Assembly (NCBI GenBank): GCA_036489415.1
Contig: DASXFS010000014.1
Location: 52,936-116,935, forward strand
From: Terracidiphilus sp.
Lineage (GTDB): Bacteria; Acidobacteriota; Terriglobia; Terriglobales; Acidobacteriaceae
Direction of reading: 5' to 3'
DNA: 64,000 nucleotides
Shown: positions 57,639 to 64,000 of the stretch, in pieces
Position numbering within the stretch: position 1 is the stretch's first letter
How the letters are laid out: each line of letters begins with the position of its first letter
The notes under the pieces: generated by a model
Database searches by the model: none
What the model was told of the DNA's origin: nothing
What the model saw: only the letters and a program-made list of their open reading frames with translations
Translations under genes and position numbers: made by a program

Positions 57639-58510
57639 CCCCGGACCACCTCGCGCGCTCTGATCCGCTTGTTCAGCATACCCAGACAAACAAGGCCGGC
57701 CAGCGATAGCATTGCCGCAATGGCCAGCGTTGGCACTGAAAACCTTTCGTTGATTGGCGCTGGGGCGCCGAGCAATCTCCGCCACACGTTCGACATCATG
57801 ACAGGAACGTTCAACAGCAGTCCCCACTTTGTACGCAGCACTGCGCTTACGATGGCTCCTACGCCGGCGGGCACAAAGACTGCTGCAAAGATGACGCCCG
57901 TCGCCACCACCCTCCATTTCACCCACGAAGACAGCGCGAGTCCAAGAACCGATAGAAAGGTGATCCAGATTACCGATCCAGCCAGCAAGCCCACGGCAAT
58001 TTGAAGATTGCTCATGGCCCAAGGTTGAGGGAAAGAGTAGGCCTGGTCGGCAAAAAGCAAGAGACATGGGACCCATGTGACCAGCGACAGCGATCCGAAC
58101 AGCGCGATGAACTTGCCGAATACGTATCCGAAGCGCGAAATGGGATGACTCAGCAGAATTGGCAAAGCATTATCTGCAAGGTCGAAGGTGATGAGCCGGG
58201 GAGCGATCCACGAAGCCATCACCAGTGCGAGCCATGATTGAGTCTGCTGGATCTTCAAGAAAAATGCCGCATCGATTGCAAACGTCTGCGGCCCGCGGCC
58301 TCCGACAAGCGCCTTGGCGATGGGATTATTGGCTAGGTAAATCACCAGCAATGATCCGATGCACGGCAGCAGGCAGAGGATGAAAAGAGCAACCGTAATC
58401 TTCGACGACCATGCTTCTTCAAAGGCATAGCGAGCCAGCACCAGGACGCGCGTCCACACTGGCGTTACGATGCCTGTATACACCGTGTAGTTGCGCTTAT
58501 AGACTGCCAT
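57635..58510 (-). CDS. ABC-2 type transporter permease
   Basis: Multiple TM segments; [22 protein letters not shown]; start at MAVYKR. Confidence 0.82.
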   Translation of the reverse strand: MAVYKRNYTVYTGIVTPVWTRVLVLARYAFEEAWSSKITVALFILCLLPCIGSLLVIYLANNPIAKALVGGRGPQTFAIDAAFFLKIQQTQSWLALVMASWIAPRLITFDLADNALPILLSHPISRFGYVFGKFIALFGSLSLVTWVPCLLLFADQAYSFPQPWAMSNLQIAVGLLAGSVIWITFLSVLGLALSSWVKWRVVATGVIFAAVFVPAGVGAIVSAVLRTKWGLLLNVPVMMSNVWRRLLGAPAPINERFSVPTLAIAAMLSLAGLVCLGMLNKRIRAREVVRG

Positions 58511-59438
58511 TTGCAATCCTTCCCTGGTCCTTGTCCATCGCTCGCAGAAAGATGTCTTCAAGGGAATCGCGCCGCTGATTCATGCGCCGAATTTGCACTC
58601 CCTGTTCAGAGGCAATGACATAAAGATCGCGCACTTCGATGTGGTCGGGAATCACAAGCTTAATGCGGCCGCCCGGGAATGTTGCACATTCGCAGCCGAG
58701 CCCTCGGATGCTTACGGAAAAGCGCTCGGTCGCACCCACTGTCTCGAGTTCCATGAAGCTTCGGTTCGACCGCCGCTCTTCTTCGATATTGCAGAGTGAG
58801 GCAATGCGGCCGTTCTTCAGGATCAGAACTTCATCGCAGGTCTCGTCAATGTCCCGTAACAGATGCGACGAGATAAGCAGCCGGATGCTGCCCTCTTTGC
58901 GAATATCCTTGATGAGTTGAATCATACGCTGACGGGCGACAGGATCGAGGCCATTGGTGGGCTCGTCCAGGATCAGCAGTTTTGGCCCGTGAGCCAGCGC
59001 CTGAGCCAGCTTCACCAGTTGCTTCATTCCCAGCGAATAGGTGTTCACCTTTCGGTAGCGCACCTCGCCCAGCCCCACATAGAACAGGGCCTCATGGGCA
59101 CGTTCCAGCGCGACTCCCGATGGGAGCCCCGCCAGCTCGGCCATGTAGCGGACGAAGCGGACACCGCTCATATTCCCAATAAACGAATCGTTCTCAGGCA
59201 TAAAGCCGACGCCGCCGCGAATCTGTGCCCTGTCTTTTTGCGTGTCCAGCCCAAGCACGCGGGCCCTTCCTTTTGAAGGGAGATGAAAGCCCAGCAGTGT
59301 ATTGATCAGTGTGGATTTCCCCGCGCCATTCGGGCCGAGAAGGCCAATAGCATGTCCCTGCAGCTCTCCAGTGAGGTTGTTCAACACTATCCGGTTCGCG
59401 AGCCGGACCTCTACCCCATCAAGATCGATGACGCCCAT
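58497..59438 (-). CDS. ABC transporter ATP-binding protein
   Basis: [25 protein letters not shown]. Confidence 0.93.
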   Translation of the reverse strand: MGVIDLDGVEVRLANRIVLNNLTGELQGHAIGLLGPNGAGKSTLINTLLGFHLPSKGRARVLGLDTQKDRAQIRGGVGFMPENDSFIGNMSGVRFVRYMAELAGLPSGVALERAHEALFYVGLGEVRYRKVNTYSLGMKQLVKLAQALAHGPKLLILDEPTNGLDPVARQRMIQLIKDIRKEGSIRLLISSHLLRDIDETCDEVLILKNGRIASLCNIEEERRSNRSFMELETVGATERFSVSIRGLGCECATFPGGRIKLVIPDHIEVRDLYVIASEQGVQIRRMNQRRDSLEDIFLRAMDKDQGRIANGSL

Positions 59439-59439
59439 A

Positions 59440-62037
59440 TCACTCTCTTACGCTTGTGTTGGCGTGCTTGTTCCCGGAGCGGATCAAAGATTCGAGCGTC
59501 AGGAAGTCAAAGCCAAAAAGACGGCTGTCGCTGGCGGCTTCGATGCTGCTTTTTTCCCCGCGCGCACAAACGGCAGTGGGCCTTGCATCCGCCGCCAGCC
59601 TGCGAACGGCATCCGCCGTATCTCCGCTGAGTTGAGTCAGCAACGGCGTCAACACAGGGCTCAGATTCTGGTAAGCAACCGCGGAGTAATCCTCATTGGC
59701 ATCCTTGGGAAGCAATCCCTTGAAGGCCGCCGAATTTGCCAGGGAATTCCCGGTCGAATAGGCCTGCAACGCCTGTATCAGCAGGGCACGGCTCGGCGCC
59801 ACAATCATGTACCCGTTCGCATAGGTGTATTGAGCCACGGTGTTGCCGGTTACCGTGTCGCGGACAGAGTAATAACGCTGCCCTCCGGCGTCGCTCGGCT
59901 CAATCGTGATGGAATGCGCCGTGTTGGCATTGGCCTGTTTGCGGATTGCCTCGGTCAGCCGCTCCAGGGCATTTTCCAAGCGATCGGAGTCGTTCACTTC
60001 AATCACAGCCTTCCACGACGGCGTCGGCAGCACCGGCCCATCGAGCGACAGCAGGAAATCCCCGCCCAGGTTAGCCGCCAGGTCCTCGCGCAGATTGACC
60101 TGCAGTTTCTCCTCGGCCTCGGTGAATCCATTCTCTCGCGAATTGCCGGCTGGAACCGCCATTGCGATTAGATCATCGGCAATGGCCTTCGGATCTTTTG
60201 AAAGCACTGCGACGGCAATCGCCGCATTGGGAGTGACAAAGCTCAGCGAGCCAATCGGCGCCGGCGCGGCCAGCCACGAGGCAACCCTTTGTCTCGGGCC
60301 TGAGAATTGCAGGTCAACCCGATTCTCAGGCTGCCCATTCACCTCGCGATGTTCGGCGATCAGATAACTCACATTCTCAATACCGCTCTTTTCCAACGTT
60401 TCGTTGGTGCGTTTCGAGGCACGCATCTGATTTGCTTGATTGCCAATCATCTGGTGAATATCCGCCGCCAGGATGATGCCCGCACCGCGCCCATAGGCGG
60501 CCGAGATCTGCTGGCCAAAACCGCTTGTCGCAAACCCGCTGTTGCCGGCGTTCAACTGCGTGTTGATCAGCGCCAGGGTTGAGATGCTGTTTGAGAAGAT
60601 TGCCTCGTGTTCCCTCACAACGGCGTAGCCAGAGCGACTCTCTTGCGAGGATGGCTTGGCGGCGCTCAGTGAATTCTGATCGAGCACTGTAATTCCAGGC
60701 TTTGAATTCGACGTGGGAAACTGCTTCTTCAACAAATCGTCGAGTCCCCCCTGCTTCACATCCGCAATGACCGCGAATCCTGAGTTCTTCGCTTGCCTGG
60801 CCCCCACGATGACGATCTCGTCGCCAAGATATTTGCTCATCTGGTGGATCTTCTCGACAAGCGCATCAAGATCGGCAGTGTTGCTCACATTTCCGCCGTT
60901 CCACCACTCCTGCAGCGCCGGGCTCTGCTTCAACTGGTCATGGAATGTCTGGTTTGCCTCGCTCAGAAAATCGCCCAGGTTGGGGACACTGATATACAAC
61001 GTGGTGTTCGCGGGAACCCGGTTGAGCAGATCGCTGCTATACCGTGGCTGTGGAAATGGAATCTGTTCGATCTGTTGCCGCAGCGCTGCGAACTGGGCCA
61101 GAAGCAACAGGTATTTATCGCGATCATGACTCCAGGCAATCTGTTCTGACACTGGCTCGGGGCTCAAGTTATCACTGGTCGTGATCTGGTTGCCTGCTGT
61201 TGTCAGCGTGTCTATGCCCTCATGCAACACATGCACCGAGCCCTGAAGAACCGCAACTCGTGAGCCCTTCAGTCCGGAGTCCACTGAGAACACGGTCCCT
61301 GTCACCGCAACCCGGCAATCGGGAGTCTTCACGAACAAATGGCCCGAGGTGCGCTTGGCGGCTTGCACAATAACCGCTCCATTCTCGAGTACGACCGTGA
61401 AGTCATGCCCCCTCGCACCGACGCCGACGACACTCCGCTCGTTCACCTCAACTTTCGATCCGTCCGTGAGCCGCAGGACCGCGTGCCCCCCTCCACTCGT
61501 TCTGAGAGTTTCGCCTTCGCTTAACGTCTCCCCGGGTGAAAGCTGACGATCGCCCCTGTCGGAAATCCGATAAGCTGAACCGTCGATCGATTGCACCTCG
61601 GCGCGTACTCCGGGCGGCACTTGCCAATAGGCCTTGTAGACAAAAAGGAATGCGACCAGGAGTGCAAAGGCGGAAGCCGCCGCCAATCCAAAGGTCTGAG
61701 GATGCCAGGCAACTCTTCGACGCGCCTGGGGGGCAGACCAATCCAGTTCCGCCGCACCGGACCCGCCCTTGAACCGGCGGTGGCAGGCGCCGCAGTCGCG
61801 TACGTGGGCCTCAATCAGAAGCGAGCGCGCATGTGACAGCGTGCCGGCCCGATATGAACCGAAGAGATGCTGCACGTCATCGCAACTCGTGATGGCGTCT
61901 ACTGTTGACTCGCTAAAAGTCTCGATCCCGAGCCTGTCAGCCACGCTCCGGGCAGAAGCTGATACTTCTCCAGCTTCCGGCTTATTGGCCCGAAGCGACC
62001 GGATCGCGGTTTCCAAAAGAATTTCGTCTCGTTTCAT
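59440..62037 (-). CDS. Large anti-sigma factor: zinc-binding (ZAS) motif, TM, FecR domain, large periplasmic domain
   Basis: HVRDCGAC; TM; FecR motifs LTDGS.VE...S, VKTPD..VAVTGT.FSV, VAVL.GSV.V; translationally coupled to the ECF sigma gene. Confidence 0.8.
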   Translation of the reverse strand: MKRDEILLETAIRSLRANKPEAGEVSASARSVADRLGIETFSESTVDAITSCDDVQHLFGSYRAGTLSHARSLLIEAHVRDCGACHRRFKGGSGAAELDWSAPQARRRVAWHPQTFGLAAASAFALLVAFLFVYKAYWQVPPGVRAEVQSIDGSAYRISDRGDRQLSPGETLSEGETLRTSGGGHAVLRLTDGSKVEVNERSVVGVGARGHDFTVVLENGAVIVQAAKRTSGHLFVKTPDCRVAVTGTVFSVDSGLKGSRVAVLQGSVHVLHEGIDTLTTAGNQITTSDNLSPEPVSEQIAWSHDRDKYLLLLAQFAALRQQIEQIPFPQPRYSSDLLNRVPANTTLYISVPNLGDFLSEANQTFHDQLKQSPALQEWWNGGNVSNTADLDALVEKIHQMSKYLGDEIVIVGARQAKNSGFAVIADVKQGGLDDLLKKQFPTSNSKPGITVLDQNSLSAAKPSSQESRSGYAVVREHEAIFSNSISTLALINTQLNAGNSGFATSGFGQQISAAYGRGAGIILAADIHQMIGNQANQMRASKRTNETLEKSGIENVSYLIAEHREVNGQPENRVDLQFSGPRQRVASWLAAPAPIGSLSFVTPNAAIAVAVLSKDPKAIADDLIAMAVPAGNSRENGFTEAEEKLQVNLREDLAANLGGDFLLSLDGPVLPTPSWKAVIEVNDSDRLENALERLTEAIRKQANANTAHSITIEPSDAGGQRYYSVRDTVTGNTVAQYTYANGYMIVAPSRALLIQALQAYSTGNSLANSAAFKGLLPKDANEDYSAVAYQNLSPVLTPLLTQLSGDTADAVRRLAADARPTAVCARGEKSSIEAASDSRLFGFDFLTLESLIRSGNKHANTSVRE

Positions 62038-62588
62038 CGTCTTCCCCGTTCAAATATCGCAAGGCGTTTTTTCAATCTCGACCGAGCGTTATGAAGCGTT
62101 ACAGCCACAACTGCCTGCGACGTGTTCATCAAGGCTGCGATCTCTCGATTTTCGTGCTCTTCAACGTAACGCAGGATGAACATTTCCGCAGCCCGTGGAG
62201 GCAGTTCGCTGATCGCAATCCGCAAGAGAGCACCAAGCTCCCTGCTTGACGCCTCGGCCTCCGGCGAGCTGCCCGACCCTGCCGCCTCTACATACGCGGC
62301 GAATTCCAGCGGCTCGCTCTGGGCTGTCTTTCGCCGCCTCAGCAGGTCTAGCGCTCCATTGATGGCCGCTCTGTAAAGGTAGCTGCCGGCATTTGTCACC
62401 GGCCCATCCGCGCTCGCGAGCCGCAGAAACACGCTCTGCGCCACGTCTTCCGCATCCGCGATGCTGCCGGTGATGCGATAGGCTGCTGTCAGCACGCGCC
62501 TGTGATGCTGTCCGAATAGCTGGGACAACCCGATCAAGGGCGTTGTTGCGGTACATGCGGCCACTGGAACACCTTCTGAACTGTTCAT
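62034..62588 (-). CDS. ECF RNA polymerase sigma factor
   Basis: AYRITG..ADAEDV.Q.VFL, YLYR.A.N..LD.LR; region 4 LP.R...F.LRY.E..NREIA..M.TS. Confidence 0.93.
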   Translation of the reverse strand: MNSSEGVPVAACTATTPLIGLSQLFGQHHRRVLTAAYRITGSIADAEDVAQSVFLRLASADGPVTNAGSYLYRAAINGALDLLRRRKTAQSEPLEFAAYVEAAGSGSSPEAEASSRELGALLRIAISELPPRAAEMFILRYVEEHENREIAALMNTSQAVVAVTLHNARSRLKKRLAIFERGRR

Positions 62589-62958
62589 AGAGATGACGCT
62601 TCAACTGGTCGATTATTAATCTACCTGGAATGATTACGTGAAAAATTATCCGGACGTTCCGTCCAAGTGGTCCTTGAGGGAGATTTCACTTACGGATGGT
62701 CCACGCCCCGGCGGGAGCCGGAGGACACGGACTCGTGGATCGATGTCCCTATGAGGCTTTCTGATATCGAGCTTTAGACCACTTCTGAGACTAGGCAGTG
62801 AAGCAGGCGATGGATAAGCCGCCGATCGCGACAGCCAGCAATTCCAGCCAAAGGCACCTGCCCTAGCAGACTGGGCAGGCCCTGCAGGCATGTCATTCAT
62901 CTATTGGCTCAATCAGGCCAATGATCGGAGCTTTTTCTGGAATAACATCAATTGACTG

Positions 62959-63648
62959 CTAGATCGTCAGCAGCTCCTCAAAGAAACCGCCAATTTCATG
63001 CTCTCGATCGACGAAGTGGATCTCCAGAATCCAATGGCGCTTTCGACCGTCTTCATCAACCGACCGCATAGGGAGATGGCTTTCCGGATGAACGTAGAGT
63101 GTCACTTTGTCACCCGCTATTTTTTCATGCGGGAATTGTCCAATGAGATGTCCCGCGATGGGACCGCCGAACTCCCATCCGGATTTCTCCGCCAGGGAGA
63201 CGATGTAATAGAAGAACTCGCTGCTCGTCAAAATTGAAGTTTCATTGAAGTATCTCTTGCCATCGGCAAATGCCTTCGCTACGTCCTGCTGGAGCTTGTG
63301 CTTCAATGGATCGGAACCAAGGACAAAGGTCCGGCCGAAGTCCGCTTCCCAATCCTCGAATACCGGGCCCAGATCGAGAAAGAGGATGTCATCCTCTCCA
63401 ATGACCAGGTCAGGAGGATTCTCGGCGTAGGGAAGAAGAGTATTCTTGCCCGCGCGAACGATTCGCTTGTGCCAATAGGTCGTAATCCCGTACATTTCTT
63501 TTGCGAGAGAGTAAATGTCTGCATTGAGGCCAGTTTCGGTGATGCCCGGCCGAATCAGGCCGCGCGCTTCAATTTCGCGGAAAAGTGCTTCTGCGTTGCT
63601 TTGAGCTTCGAGGAGTTCTTTCGCTCGCGCCTGCTCCAACTCTGTCAT
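62959..63648 (-). CDS. M24 family metallopeptidase (catalytic domain only)
   Basis: FLDLGPVF..WEADFGRT, AGHLIG.FPH, ILEIH, FFEE. Confidence 0.85.
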   Translation of the reverse strand: MTELEQARAKELLEAQSNAEALFREIEARGLIRPGITETGLNADIYSLAKEMYGITTYWHKRIVRAGKNTLLPYAENPPDLVIGEDDILFLDLGPVFEDWEADFGRTFVLGSDPLKHKLQQDVAKAFADGKRYFNETSILTSSEFFYYIVSLAEKSGWEFGGPIAGHLIGQFPHEKIAGDKVTLYVHPESHLPMRSVDEDGRKRHWILEIHFVDREHEIGGFFEELLTI

Positions 63649-63718
63649 TCCATGCTCCAGAACCCAGATTACTGGCGGCCATGCTACACAGACGGCCTCA
63701 GTCTTTTACTCTAAATCC

Positions 63719-64000
63719 ATGGCCACCCTACGCCCGTGCGTGATTGGAATAGATCTCGACCCCGAGACGCGCTGTGCTCACTACTGTGGCGCGCTCGACA
63801 TCGTCGCAATCAAGATGAAGTGTTGCGGGGTTTATTATGCCTGCAAGGACTGCCACGATGCGTTGGCCGATCACGCGATTAACGTTTGGCCAGTTGGCGA
63901 GTGGAATCAAGCGGCGGTGCTTTGCGGAGTCTGTGGGGCTGAGCTAACCGTCAGGCAATATTTGGGTTGTTCCGACAAGTGTCCGCGCTGTTCGTCCCCA
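63719..64000 (+). CDS. CHY zinc-finger protein, 3'-truncated by the window edge (absent from the ORF track)
   Basis: Manual translation: MATLRPCVIGIDLDPETRCAHY...IAIK-like VAIKMKCC..YYACKDCH...H...LCGVC...CPRC. Confidence 0.85.
   Translation, partial: MATLRPCVIGIDLDPETRCAHYCGALDIVAIKMKCCGVYYACKDCHDALADHAINVWPVGEWNQAAVLCGVCGAELTVRQYLGCSDKCPRCSSP

Overview
GC-rich bacterial chromosomal window whose gene content (Oar-like TonB-dependent receptor, PEP-CTERM protein, S53 protease, many REP-like palindromes) looks like an Acidobacteriaceae genome; this taxonomy is inferred. It holds about 45 CDS. These include the 3' part of a secondary-metabolism-type luciferase-like monooxygenase, a LacI regulator, S46 and CocE/NonD hydrolases, higBA, an arabinose-utilisation region (TBDR, GH51, ribulokinase), a sigma28-preceded degenerate PAS-GGDEF-motA-motB operon, two-component genes, serS, GH172, ndh, GH125, trxB, yggS, ffh, carbonic anhydrase, OmpA, dnaK, a pseudokinase-SPOR protein and an ECF sigma/anti-sigma/ABC operon. 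No rRNA, tRNA, CRISPR array or transposase gene was recognised. The strongest unexplained signal is non-coding: several small non-autonomous elements in which IS-type terminal inverted repeats enclose interchangeable REP palindromes, one family of which also occurs free. An IS200/IS605-like mini element also truncates a gene. All product calls come from motif recognition by eye, without database searches.
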